A stretch of 51,998 nucleotides of DNA, from the NCBI GenBank assembly GCA_021817735.1, contig JAKAFX010000001.1:1-51998 (forward strand). Reading direction: 5' to 3'. The DNA comes from Thermoplasmata archaeon (GTDB lineage Archaea > Thermoplasmatota > Thermoplasmata > Thermoplasmatales > Thermoplasmataceae). Under the pieces are notes generated by a model, which saw only the letters and a program-made list of their open reading frames with translations, did not search any database and was not told the origin of the DNA. This document shows, in pieces, positions 1 to 9,450 of the stretch. A program made the position numbers and the translations under genes. How positions within the stretch are numbered: position 1 is the first letter of the stretch; the number at the start of each line of letters is the position of its first letter.

Positions 1-796
1 TAAAGCATATGTCAACCGAGTCATTCTTCACTGTGGCATCAAACTTCGATACGTACACCGGTGTTCTTATAAGGGAATTGCTCAGCCTGCTCATGACAGG
101 CAGGTCAATTTCTGTCTCATAGAGTCCCTCGTCAATACTCACTGCGTTACCAGGGATGATTCCCTGATCCTCCAGCCGCGTGTTCAGACGGCAAAGAGCA
201 GTGACCTTTTCTCTGGTGGTGGTCATCTTTGGTATGATATGGATCTCCGTCTCCTTTCCTTTATAGTGTGGGTTCAAGGTCCGCACCCTCACTCTGTAAA
301 GGTTCCTGTTTGACTTGATCTTCGAGGAAAGAAGATCTTCAAAACTGTCCTGTCCTAGATACAGAAGATCAAAATATGGTTCCGTAGCAAACGTTCTTTC
401 CAGCACATCTGAAACCTCTTCCTGCGCACAGTGGTTGTAAGCCCACAGCAGGACATGTCTTCCTTCATCAAGAAATCCAGCGACCATTACTGAACTCTTG
501 ATGTTATAGAAATTCCTGATCATGGAGATGGAAGGGAACTGCTTAGAGGTTGCAGCCATTGTCAGGAAGACTCCGGAATCCCTGGAGCCAAACTTGTCCA
601 TCATCATCCTGATTTCCCTGTTTTCACTCAGGTCTCTGGGGAGGATGTAAAGGAAGTACTCGCTATTCTCCTTCAGGTTTGGAAGGAAATATACGAATAT
701 CTTGAACTTGCTGGTAAACTGCTCAACCGGAACAGAGGAGGAATGCGAGAGTACGAGGAACCTGTCAAGGCCAAAATCGGTAAGATGGGATTCCAT
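1..796 (-). CDS. hypothetical protein, C-terminus cut by the window edge (absent from the supplied ORF track)
   Basis: My own minus-strand translation: ATG at 796..794, then 265 open codons to position 2 (MESHLTDFGLDRFLVLSHSS...VKNDSVDICF). It starts 37 nt downstream of the gyrA stop on the same strand. No recognisable motifs. Confidence 0.6.
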   Translation of the reverse strand, partial: MESHLTDFGLDRFLVLSHSSSVPVEQFTSKFKIFVYFLPNLKENSEYFLYILPRDLSENREIRMMMDKFGSRDSGVFLTMAATSKQFPSISMIRNFYNIKSSVMVAGFLDEGRHVLLWAYNHCAQEEVSDVLERTFATEPYFDLLYLGQDSFEDLLSSKIKSNRNLYRVRVRTLNPHYKGKETEIHIIPKMTTTREKVTALCRLNTRLEDQGIIPGNAVSIDEGLYETEIDLPVMSRLSNSLIRTPVYVSKFDATVKNDSVDICF

Positions 797-833
797 TCGC
801 GAAGATAATTCTCGAAGTATTTAACCCTAGGGA

Positions 834-3212
834 TCACACCTTTGTTGCAGCTATGACTTCATCATCCTCTTCCAGATCTATCAGCCTTACCCCTGTTGCT
901 GATCTGGACATTTCCCTGACGCTATCCACGTTCATCCGGATTGTCTTGTCCTTCCTGGTCATGATTATGATCTCGTCTCCATCGCTGACACGCAGGGCAG
1001 TTACGACCTTCCCTGACCTCTTGGTAGGCTTGATGGCATACATTCCACCGGATCCCCGGTGATGAGCCGTAAAATTCTCGACAGCAGTCCTCTTTCCAAG
1101 TCCTGCGGAGGTGACAGTCAGGACGGTGTCGTTATGACTCACTGGAAATGCATTCTGAAGGATTGCTCCCTGCTTCAACCTGATTGATCTGACTCCCATG
1201 GAAGTACGACCGCTGGGCCTTATTTCCAACGAATTGTAGACCAATGCCTTTCCAGCGCTGGAAAGGTTGAACAGGAGGGTATCCTCTGGAAGAAATTCCA
1301 CAGAAACCACTTCATCATCGTCCCTGAGGGTTATGATCCTGGCGCCTGAATCCCTCATCTTCTGGATCTGGTTGATCTCAATCTTCTTCACCAGTCCATT
1401 CCTGGTTGTAATCATTAGATACCCATTGTTCAGGCTGTCCCCGGCTATTACATTTCTTACAACCTCGCCTTCAAGCAATGGAAGAACCGCAGACCCTATG
1501 ATTCCAACTCCAGTTCTGCCCTTCTTCTCTATGGAATATGCATACTTCTTCAGCACTCTTCCCGTGTTTGTGAAGAATAACAGGAGGTCATGGGAGCTGC
1601 ATGAGACAATGGAACGAGGCGTATCATCCCTCCATCCCGATGTTAGTACTCCCTTGCCGCCGCGCCTCTGCGAGCGGTACTCGTCAAGCGACACCCTCTT
1701 TATGAATCCCGATTCTGACAGGATGACTACACACTGCTCGCGCGGTATCAGCTCTGCCTCATCCACGGACTGGGCTTCTGAAAAACTTACCTTCGTTTTC
1801 CTGTCGTCGCCATATCTCTTCCTGATCTCCGCCATCTCATCCAGAAGGATTTGTTTCCTCTTTTCTTCGCTTCCGATGATCCCCACAAGGATCTCGATTT
1901 CTGACCTGACTTCTCCCAACTCTGCAGTTATCTTGCCTGTTTCAAGCGCCGTGAGCCTCTGCAGCCTGAGATCGAGTATCGCATTGGCCTGTTTCTCTGA
2001 GATCTGCAGCTTTTCCTGAAGCATGGACCTGGCAGTTTGTGGGTCCTTTGCCTTCCTGATAATGGATATAGTCTGATCCAGCATTGAGATAGCCCTTTCC
2101 AGGCCCGCCAGGATATGTTCCTTCTCCCTGTTTTTCTCTAGATCGAATTGTGACCTCTTTAGGATCACCGACAGCCTGTGTTCCACGAAGCTATCTATGA
2201 GCCCGGCCAAGTTCATGACTACCGGCTGGTTGTCCTTTAGAACGAGGTTGATTATCCCGATTGAAGTCTCAAGATCGGAATGGGCGTAAAGCTGTCTCAG
2301 GATTAGGGGTTTCATCTCATCGTCCTTCACCCGGATAACGATCCTTACACCCTCTCTTCCGCTTTCATCTCTTATCTCTGATATGCCAGTGATGATCTCA
2401 TTCTTGACGTTCTCTGCAATCTTCTCTATGAGGGTGGACTTGTTGACCCCGTACGGAATGCTACTGATTATGATGCGTTTTTGTTCGCTCAGATCAGCCT
2501 CTCCTCGTACGATTACCTTTCCCCTCCCAGTGAGGTACGAATCAATCAGCGCCTTGGAATGGAATAATTCGGCCCCGGTTGGAAGATCTGGTCCCTTGAT
2601 GAATTTCAGGAGATCCTCTATCCTGGACCCTGGATTCTTGATCCGGTAAGAGATAGCATCCACCACTTCTCTCAGGTTATGGGGGAGCATGTTTGTTGCC
2701 ATTCCCACTGCTATTCCAGAAGAACCGTTTATCAGGAGCTGCGGTAGTTTTGCAGGCAGGTAATCAGGTTCCTCCAGGGAACCATCAAAGTTGAGCCTGA
2801 ATGGGACGGTTCTCTTTTCAATGTCCTGGAACATTTCCTCTGCAATCCTGGCCATCCTTACCTCAGTGTATCTCATTGCGGCAGGTTCATCTCCATCAAT
2901 GGAACCAAAATTGCCCTGCCCGTCCACAAGCGGGTACCTGAGGGAGAAATCCTGCGCCATTCTAGCCATTGCATCGTATATGGCAGTGTCCCCATGGGGG
3001 TGGTACTTACCCATGGCCTCTCCCACAATCCTTGCCGATTTCTTGTATGGCTTGTCATGAGTGACGGACATTTCCGCCATAGCATGGAGTATCCTCCTGT
3101 GCACAGGCTTCAACCCATCCCTGACATCAGGAAGTGCACGCTGGACGATCACGCTCATCGCATAATCAAGGTATGATGTTTTGATCTCTTCTTCAACAGA
3201 TTTTCTTGACAC
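834..3212 (-). CDS. gyrA: DNA gyrase subunit A
   Basis: 792-aa ORF. N-terminus SYLDYAMSVIVQRALPDVRDGLKPVHRRIL and active-site AAMRYTE motif. Starts 9 nt after the gyrB stop. Confidence 0.97.
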   Translation of the reverse strand: MSRKSVEEEIKTSYLDYAMSVIVQRALPDVRDGLKPVHRRILHAMAEMSVTHDKPYKKSARIVGEAMGKYHPHGDTAIYDAMARMAQDFSLRYPLVDGQGNFGSIDGDEPAAMRYTEVRMARIAEEMFQDIEKRTVPFRLNFDGSLEEPDYLPAKLPQLLINGSSGIAVGMATNMLPHNLREVVDAISYRIKNPGSRIEDLLKFIKGPDLPTGAELFHSKALIDSYLTGRGKVIVRGEADLSEQKRIIISSIPYGVNKSTLIEKIAENVKNEIITGISEIRDESGREGVRIVIRVKDDEMKPLILRQLYAHSDLETSIGIINLVLKDNQPVVMNLAGLIDSFVEHRLSVILKRSQFDLEKNREKEHILAGLERAISMLDQTISIIRKAKDPQTARSMLQEKLQISEKQANAILDLRLQRLTALETGKITAELGEVRSEIEILVGIIGSEEKRKQILLDEMAEIRKRYGDDRKTKVSFSEAQSVDEAELIPREQCVVILSESGFIKRVSLDEYRSQRRGGKGVLTSGWRDDTPRSIVSCSSHDLLLFFTNTGRVLKKYAYSIEKKGRTGVGIIGSAVLPLLEGEVVRNVIAGDSLNNGYLMITTRNGLVKKIEINQIQKMRDSGARIITLRDDDEVVSVEFLPEDTLLFNLSSAGKALVYNSLEIRPSGRTSMGVRSIRLKQGAILQNAFPVSHNDTVLTVTSAGLGKRTAVENFTAHHRGSGGMYAIKPTKRSGKVVTALRVSDGDEIIIMTRKDKTIRMNVDSVREMSRSATGVRLIDLEEDDEVIAATKV

Positions 3213-3221
3213 GATATCACC

Positions 3222-5162
3222 TCAGAAATCCAGGTTCTTTACTTCCCGGGCATTCTCCTCTATGAATCTCCTTCTTGGCTCGACCTTCTCTCCCATGAGT
3301 ATGGAAAAGAGTCTGTCCGCCTCTGCAAAATCTTCGACTGTTACCTGGACGACCCTTCGGGTTTCTGGGTCCATGGTTGTCTCCCATAGCTGTTCAGGAT
3401 TCATCTCTCCAAGACCCTTGAATCTCTGTGTGATTGAATTCTGGCCCATTTCTCTTTCAGTACTTTCCCTCTCTTCCTCAGTATAGACATATCTCACTTT
3501 GTCACCCTTCTGGATCCTGAAGAGAGGAGGCTGTGCAAAGAAGATATTGCCGTTCTGTACCAGTGGTCTGCAGTACCTGTAGAAGAAGGTGAGCAAGAGG
3601 GTCCTGATGTGTGCACCATCGACGTCAGCATCGGTCATTATGATTATCTTCCTGTACCTCAACTTTTCAGGGTCAAGATCATCCTTGACATTTGTGCCGA
3701 TCGCGGTGATTAGGTTCTTGATTATCTCGTTTGAAAGAGATTTCAAGTCATTCGCCTTCTCCACGTTAAGGATTTTTCCCCTCAGAGGAAGAATGGCCTG
3801 GAATTCCCGGTTCCTTGCCTGTTTCGCTGAGCCACCGGCGGAATTCCCCTCGACTATGAAAAGCTCTGATTTTTCAGGGTCATTTGATGAGCAGTCAGCA
3901 AGTATTCCGGGCAAACCCCCGCTTTCAAGGGCAGATTTCCTTCTCACGAGGTCCCGGGCCTTTCTTGAGGCCTCCCTTGCCATTGCGGCTGCAATCACTC
4001 GTTTGACTATGGCTTCCGCCACATGCGGGAACGAGTCAAGATACTGCTTCATGAATTTCTCTGTGGCTGACTGCACAATCCCCCTGACATTAGCATTTCC
4101 TAGTTTGGATTTGGTCTGCCCTTCGAATTGCGGCTCGTGGATTTTGACATGCAGCACAGAAACCAGCCCTTCCCGCACATCGTCACCGTTTATGCCTTCC
4201 ACACCCTTGATCATGTTGTTGTTCTTTGCGTAGTCCTGAACTGCGCGGGAGAGCCCTGAACGAAATCCTGCAACATGTGTGCCACCATCTATGGTGTTTA
4301 TGTTGTTTACAAAGCTCTGCATGATCTCTGTAGTGCTGGTATTATACTGGAATGCAAACTCGATTATGCTTTCCTCCAACTCCTCCCTGTAAGTGACCGG
4401 GTCCCTGTGAACAGTCGAATATCCTTCACCAAGGTAGGTCACGAATTCTTTTAGCCCGCCTTCATGGTGAAGCACTTCTATTTTCCCGACGCGCTGATCG
4501 TTCAGGGTAATGGTGATTTGCGGGTTCAGGAAGGAGAGCTCCCTGAGCCTGGCAAGCACAACATTGTGAGATACATCGGTCGTCTCGAAAATCTTGTGGT
4601 CTGGCAGGAACTTCACGATGAATCCATGCTCCGGGGAAAGATTGATTCCTGTTGATGCCACATCGCTGTCCTGTACGTCTTGAAGTTTGTCTCTTGGAAC
4701 ATGGGTCATGGAGTCTACCGGAATCCCTTCCCGGAAAATCTCGTAGTATACCTCGCTGTTTTTCTTGACCAGGGCAACAAGCTTCGATGAAAGCGCGTTG
4801 ACCACGTGGACACCTACACCATGCAGGCCGCCTGTTATCTTGTATACCTTCTTGTCAAATTTTGCTCCGCTATGGAGCTCAGTAAGTACAATCTCAAGTG
4901 CGGGCCTGTTATACTTTGGGTGCAGATCCACCGGTACTCCTCTGCCGTCATCCTCTATGATGATCCATCCCTGTTTTTCCAGGGTGATGTAGATATTGGA
5001 GCAATAACCCGCGGCAGATTCGTCAATGCTGTTATCCACGACCTCGTAGATAAGGTGGTGAAGTCCACGCTCGTCTGTGGATCCTATATACATGCCTGGG
5101 ACTTTCCTGACTGCCTTTAGCCCCTCTAGTATCTGAATCTGTGATGCGTTGTAGTCTTCCAT
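3222..5162 (-). CDS. gyrB: DNA gyrase subunit B
   Basis: GHKL ATPase motifs (LEGLKAVRKVPGMYIGS, GLHGVG). Toprim motifs (EGNSAGGSAKQ, PLRGKILNVE, IMTDADVDGAHI). The ORF opens at 5216, but the conserved N-terminus begins at the ATG at 5162 (MEDYNASQIQILEGL). Confidence 0.96.
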   Translation of the reverse strand: MEDYNASQIQILEGLKAVRKVPGMYIGSTDERGLHHLIYEVVDNSIDESAAGYCSNIYITLEKQGWIIIEDDGRGVPVDLHPKYNRPALEIVLTELHSGAKFDKKVYKITGGLHGVGVHVVNALSSKLVALVKKNSEVYYEIFREGIPVDSMTHVPRDKLQDVQDSDVASTGINLSPEHGFIVKFLPDHKIFETTDVSHNVVLARLRELSFLNPQITITLNDQRVGKIEVLHHEGGLKEFVTYLGEGYSTVHRDPVTYREELEESIIEFAFQYNTSTTEIMQSFVNNINTIDGGTHVAGFRSGLSRAVQDYAKNNNMIKGVEGINGDDVREGLVSVLHVKIHEPQFEGQTKSKLGNANVRGIVQSATEKFMKQYLDSFPHVAEAIVKRVIAAAMAREASRKARDLVRRKSALESGGLPGILADCSSNDPEKSELFIVEGNSAGGSAKQARNREFQAILPLRGKILNVEKANDLKSLSNEIIKNLITAIGTNVKDDLDPEKLRYRKIIIMTDADVDGAHIRTLLLTFFYRYCRPLVQNGNIFFAQPPLFRIQKGDKVRYVYTEEERESTEREMGQNSITQRFKGLGEMNPEQLWETTMDPETRRVVQVTVEDFAEADRLFSILMGEKVEPRRRFIEENAREVKNLDF

Positions 5163-5226
5163 TATTGCTGACCTAACTTTTCTGTATGCATACAATACAT
5201 TTAACGGTGATTGCAATTATCAGGAA

Positions 5227-5943
5227 GTGGAAATTCGGGACTTGCTGAACCTTTCCAGCAGAGATGTTGTAACCAGGATCAAGAGTCTCGATGCATGTTA
5301 CACAGACTACGCAGAATTACCGGTTTCTTACGTTGAGGGAGGTTGGGAGCACAACCTCAACATGATCATATCTGTTGCCCCTACGAGGGAACAGATACGA
5401 GCGCTATGCAACATTAGTAAGGAAAGTAGTGGATACTTACCAATCTCCCCGGTTCATGGATGGAAGCCCGAAGACATGCCTATGGTGACTTCCCCAGATA
5501 CCGGAAGTCTCACTCTTCCTACTTTTCTGCTGGTCTCCAGTGTGGACAGCACGTGTTTTGGCCTTTACATGTTGGATTATGCAGACGGTCAGTATTTCAT
5601 GCCTGTTCATTCATCCAGACTAAAAGCAAGGCTCTTCCAGGAGAAGGATCCAGAATTCATACTGCTAGGGATTTCATCGGTATGCCAGATCTTCTGCAAT
5701 TCGCTCGAAAAGTGGGAACTCAGCTTTGGGGTAAAACCCCCTGCATTTGTCATATCGGGGCATTTGTCCTCGGACAGCATCAGAAGTTCAAGGAAGACCG
5801 CACATGGAATGATTGAGTTTGACTTCCATGAGTTTACAATCGAGGGATTGAAATTTTCTTCAAGAAAATGCTATTCAATTCTCCCAGGTACTAGAGAACA
5901 CATTTTCCTAAACCAACTGAGTGGAGCCGACGGGAAAATATGA
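5227..5943 (+). CDS. hypothetical protein (GTG start)
   Basis: 238-aa ORF, divergent from gyrB. No motif I recognise. Its stop abuts the stop of the convergent ORF at 5944. Confidence 0.5.
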   Translation: MEIRDLLNLSSRDVVTRIKSLDACYTDYAELPVSYVEGGWEHNLNMIISVAPTREQIRALCNISKESSGYLPISPVHGWKPEDMPMVTSPDTGSLTLPTFLLVSSVDSTCFGLYMLDYADGQYFMPVHSSRLKARLFQEKDPEFILLGISSVCQIFCNSLEKWELSFGVKPPAFVISGHLSSDSIRSSRKTAHGMIEFDFHEFTIEGLKFSSRKCYSILPGTREHIFLNQLSGADGKI

Positions 5944-6312
5944 CTAGGAATTCTCCTTCCTAAAGGTAAGATCAATCTCCTCATTTGTCTCTCTGATTTC
6001 AACGAGCTTTAGCCTTGAGACATGTCCCATCCCTTCGAATATCTCGCGCGAATAGGAGAACTTCTCTCGGTCTAGCAATACCTGGGCATCCTGACCGGGA
6101 TCAAGCTGGAACGACAGGCCTTTGAGCACGCTCTTGAGGTAATTGAATGGATCGCCACCGCAGCTCACCTTCCTGTGATCCTCTACTATCATGCAGACTT
6201 CATGACATTCGAATTTAAGAACTTGATTCAATGAGCGTTGAGATTTTTCTTGGTCTGGTCTGTAATGAAGGTTCAACCCATGGGAATATATTGTTCCATA
6301 TAGGCACTGCAA
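5944..6312 (-). CDS. small protein, possibly TusA/SirA-like; start uncertain (TTG 6312 or ATG 6192)
   Basis: The C-terminal ~80 aa (VSCGGDPFNYLKSVLKGLSFQLDPGQDAQVLLD...FEGMGHVSRLKLVEI) follow the layout of TusA-type two-layer sandwich proteins, with CGGDP where TusA has CPxP. Confidence 0.4.
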   Translation of the reverse strand: MQCLYGTIYSHGLNLHYRPDQEKSQRSLNQVLKFECHEVCMIVEDHRKVSCGGDPFNYLKSVLKGLSFQLDPGQDAQVLLDREKFSYSREIFEGMGHVSRLKLVEIRETNEEIDLTFRKENS

Positions 6313-6363
6313 AGATGTAAATATATTCGGACAATCCTAAAATTCAAAAGGCAAGGGAGAAAA

Positions 6364-7311
6364 TTGAGCGATTCATCTATCGAAGCAATAAATCTAACCA
6401 AGAATTACGGCAAATTCACTGCTTTGGACAACCTCAATCTTAAACTTGAGGGCTCGAAGTGCGTTGGCTTCCTTGGGCCCAATGGAGCAGGGAAAACAAC
6501 CACTCTAAAGATATTCACGGATCTTATTAAACCCTCCAGTGGTAGTGCCCTAATCAACGGCCTCGAGGTCCACGGAAACAAGAAGAAAGCCCTGGAGAAT
6601 TGCTCTGCACTGGTTGAAACTCCGGAGATATATCCATACATGTCAACCAGGGAGGCTCTCAATCTGGTTGCAGATCTCAAAGGGCTCCCGAGGTCAGACA
6701 GAAAACGCATGATTGAGGAAGCGGTTTCAGAGGTAAAGATGGATGAATGGATAGACGCAAAAGTCGGCAAATTCTCCAAGGGAATGAAGCAGAGAATCAA
6801 TATTGCCTCGACGCTGATCGGATATCCGAGCGTTATATTTCTCGATGAACCCACAACCGGACTAGACCCAAGGGGGATGGCAGAGGTTCGGGAGATCATC
6901 AAGTCCCTCAAGAAGAAGGACCGCCTTATTTTCATGAGTTCACATCTACTTAACGAAGTATCGGATGTTTGCGATGAGGTGGCGCTGATAGATCACGGAA
7001 AACTCCTTGCCTACGGGACCTTGGAAGATGTAACCGCAAGGTTTTCAGGTGACGAGGGTATAGCCGATGCAACCTTCTCAGGGCCGCTCGAACAGTCTTC
7101 CATTGATAAGGATGTATCAAGGCTGACAAACGTGATTTCAGTAGAAAGAGTTAACGGAAATACAATCAGGCTGAGGTTCAAGGGAGGACAGCGAGCCCAG
7201 GAGGGAATACTGGCAGATCTCGTCTCATTGAAGCTTGGGCTTGTCGAATTCAAGAAAGCATTCTCGAAATTGGAGGATACTTACATGTCACTCATTCAGG
7301 AGGGTAACTGA
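6364..7311 (+). CDS. ABC transporter ATP-binding protein (ABC-2 exporter type), TTG start
   Basis: Walker A GPNGAGKTT, signature FSKGMKQR, Walker B IFLDEPTTGLD, H-loop SSHLL. Confidence 0.93.
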   Translation: MSDSSIEAINLTKNYGKFTALDNLNLKLEGSKCVGFLGPNGAGKTTTLKIFTDLIKPSSGSALINGLEVHGNKKKALENCSALVETPEIYPYMSTREALNLVADLKGLPRSDRKRMIEEAVSEVKMDEWIDAKVGKFSKGMKQRINIASTLIGYPSVIFLDEPTTGLDPRGMAEVREIIKSLKKKDRLIFMSSHLLNEVSDVCDEVALIDHGKLLAYGTLEDVTARFSGDEGIADATFSGPLEQSSIDKDVSRLTNVISVERVNGNTIRLRFKGGQRAQEGILADLVSLKLGLVEFKKAFSKLEDTYMSLIQEGN

Positions 7312-8186
7312 TGGATCAGGATTTTTCAGTCGGCGTAGAAGAGACTCGAACTTTGAAAGTCCCAGATAGTTTCACGCAGATTGGCACTATCACAAAGTAT
7401 GAAATTATGAACTATTTCAGGGCCAGGCGTTTCTTCGTCCTTCTGGCCTTAGGGATAATCATAAGCGTTTTGTTGACATTTCTTGTCGGATATTACAGGC
7501 CATATTCTTTTCTCCAGTCTTCACTGACATTCTACACCCAGTGGTGGGGAGGAAGCATTACTTTTGTCATCATTCTTTCCGCAATATTCTTTGGCGGGGA
7601 TTCAATTTCAAGTGAATTCCAGAACAAGACTGGATACTACCTGGTCTCGAGGCCAGTCCGAAGGTCCTCAATCTATATTGGAAAATGGATAGCGTCCTTC
7701 ATAGCTTCACTAGTGATTCTTTTCGTATTCTTGGGAATAGCAATTGGAAATGGACTTTACTATTTCGGTGCTGACGTACCATATCAGCTATGGCAATCGG
7801 TTCTGCTTTCCATACTTTATATGGCCTCTGTCCTGAGTTTTGCTTTCCTCTGGAGCTCCCTCTTCAAGACGTCCGTTATTTCTGTGCTGATCACTATTAT
7901 CACGCTGCTAGTTGTATTTCCCTTATTTGATAGCCTTTTACCCGCCCTCGTGGGCGTAGAGCCATGGTTCTCCTTAACCTACGGTGCGGAAGTAATAACG
8001 GCCGTGATGGCGTTGACTTACCCCGTGCATGAAATTCACTCATCGACACCAATAGGAAACGGGCATTTCATCAATCTGACTTCTTTCACACCGTATCTGT
8101 GGGAAGGAATAGTGATAATGTTCCTTTACTTCCTTGTTTCTGCAATCCTTGGGCTCTTCGTGTTCGAAAAGAGGGAGTTTATCTGA
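7311..8186 (+). CDS. ABC-2 family transporter permease
   Basis: 291-aa polytopic hydrophobic protein. Its start overlaps the ATPase stop by 1 nt (TGATG). Confidence 0.8.
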   Translation: MDQDFSVGVEETRTLKVPDSFTQIGTITKYEIMNYFRARRFFVLLALGIIISVLLTFLVGYYRPYSFLQSSLTFYTQWWGGSITFVIILSAIFFGGDSISSEFQNKTGYYLVSRPVRRSSIYIGKWIASFIASLVILFVFLGIAIGNGLYYFGADVPYQLWQSVLLSILYMASVLSFAFLWSSLFKTSVISVLITIITLLVVFPLFDSLLPALVGVEPWFSLTYGAEVITAVMALTYPVHEIHSSTPIGNGHFINLTSFTPYLWEGIVIMFLYFLVSAILGLFVFEKREFI

Positions 8187-8258
8187 GCGGGTGGTAGTCA
8201 GGGACTCAAACGCTGGGTTTGTGAAGTTGTTTTATACAGTATATGCATAGTAGGGGCA

Positions 8259-8441
8259 ATGACCAGGTATACCTATCATTGCAGGGATATCGGATACGAC
8301 TGCAGCTTTGAATTTGAAGCCACAGAGAAGAAAGATCTCCTGCCACGGATAAAGATTCATTCAAAGTATGCTCACCAGATCTTTGAGATGTCTCCAGAGA
8401 TGGAGAAAAAGATTGAGGCAGCGATAAGACAAGCAGACTAG
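8259..8441 (+). CDS. DUF1059-like small putative metal-binding protein
   Basis: 60 aa. The N-terminal YHCRDIGYDCSFEFE pattern is typical of the DUF1059 family as I recall it. Confidence 0.6.
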   Translation: MTRYTYHCRDIGYDCSFEFEATEKKDLLPRIKIHSKYAHQIFEMSPEMEKKIEAAIRQAD

Positions 8442-8478
8442 AAGATCAACATAATTACCAGCCGTAGAATGGTGTAAA

Positions 8479-9450
8479 GTGTTTAAGAAAATTCCAACAG
8501 TTCTTCTCTCGCAGGAGATAATAAACAAAGCCCTCTCAAGAGCGAAGAAAATAGAGGTTCCAAGGCAGATTTTACTCAGCGACAGGGTCAGGGGGGAGGT
8601 CACTTCAAAGATCTCCTTTGTGGAAGGGGTAGCAGTTTCACACTTTAAGCGCCTGGTTCAGAAGTTTCCATCCATTGAGCATGTTCATCCATTCTATTAT
8701 GACCTTCTCGACATGATGTTTGACGTTGACAAGTATAAGGTCAGCCTCTCACGCATACAATGGGCTCAGAAAAAGATAGTTGAGGTTTCCACGACTCATA
8801 TCCGTCAGGCAAAGAAATCTACAGATCCCAGGGAATTGAATGGAATACTGAAGGCATACTATGGCCGCTACTCCTCCCTGGTTAACTCCGTTTCAAATGA
8901 GTTACAATACCTCTCGAAATGCCGGGACTTCATGCGGCGAATTCCAGATATAAACACGGAGATGCCCACTTTCATAATAGCGGGAATGCCCAATGTGGGC
9001 AAGAGTTCCCTGCTTGCTTCAATCACTACCGCGAAGCCAAAGATCGCACAGTACCCATTCACAACCCAGTCCATACTCATTGGCCACTGTGAAATGGCTG
9101 GAGAACCAGTACAGGTAATAGATACTCCGGGCATACTTGACAGGCCCATGAGCGAGAGAAATGAAATGGAGATCAAAGCGGTAAGTGCACTGCGCCGCAT
9201 AGAGGGGGTAGTCCTGTTCCTCGTGGACAGGAGCAGTCAGAGTTCTTACACATTGGAGCAGCAGGATTCCCTCTACAAGGAAATCAAGTTCATGCTGAGA
9301 AGGCCAATTGTGAGAGTACAGACAAAAATGGATATTTCCGAGAAGCTGGAAGAGGAAATAGGGATATCCATCAATAGCAAAGACTCCATCGATTTCCTGC
9401 GAGAATACATGACCAGCAGGGTGCAGGAGGCGAGACCGCGTGGTTCCTGA
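8479..9450 (+). CDS. NOG1-family GTP-binding protein (archaeal), GTG start
   Basis: N-terminal MFKKIPTV...helical domain. G1 GMPNVGKSS, YPFTT, G3 DTPGILDRP. Confidence 0.85.
   Translation: MFKKIPTVLLSQEIINKALSRAKKIEVPRQILLSDRVRGEVTSKISFVEGVAVSHFKRLVQKFPSIEHVHPFYYDLLDMMFDVDKYKVSLSRIQWAQKKIVEVSTTHIRQAKKSTDPRELNGILKAYYGRYSSLVNSVSNELQYLSKCRDFMRRIPDINTEMPTFIIAGMPNVGKSSLLASITTAKPKIAQYPFTTQSILIGHCEMAGEPVQVIDTPGILDRPMSERNEMEIKAVSALRRIEGVVLFLVDRSSQSSYTLEQQDSLYKEIKFMLRRPIVRVQTKMDISEKLEEEIGISINSKDSIDFLREYMTSRVQEARPRGS

Noticed and set aside
1267-2019. 250-aa ORF on the plus strand inside gyrA. Similar long antisense ORFs lie at 3589..4233 in gyrB, 9019..9735 across NOG1/gltX, 19969..20589 and 20820..21371, 30268..31011 in sucD/sucC, and 32149..32763 in the thermosome gene.
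   Set aside because: Each lies entirely antisense to a gene with unmistakable conserved motifs. Their translations are low-complexity and Ser/Leu/Pro-rich with no motifs. These are shadow ORFs.
5163-5216. N-terminal extensions of the listed ORFs: gyrB to 5216, gdhA to 18263, sucC to 31889, the METTL5-like gene to 28664, citrate synthase to 19360 and GT2 to 23311.
   Set aside because: The conserved protein N-termini begin at internal start codons. The extensions have no family counterpart, and for the methyltransferase the extension overlaps another coding frame.
5460-5816. 118-aa alternative-frame ORF inside the 5227..5943 ORF.
   Set aside because: It is nested on the same strand within a longer ORF and has a basic, low-complexity translation. 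The longer frame is preferred, although neither has homology support from what I can see.
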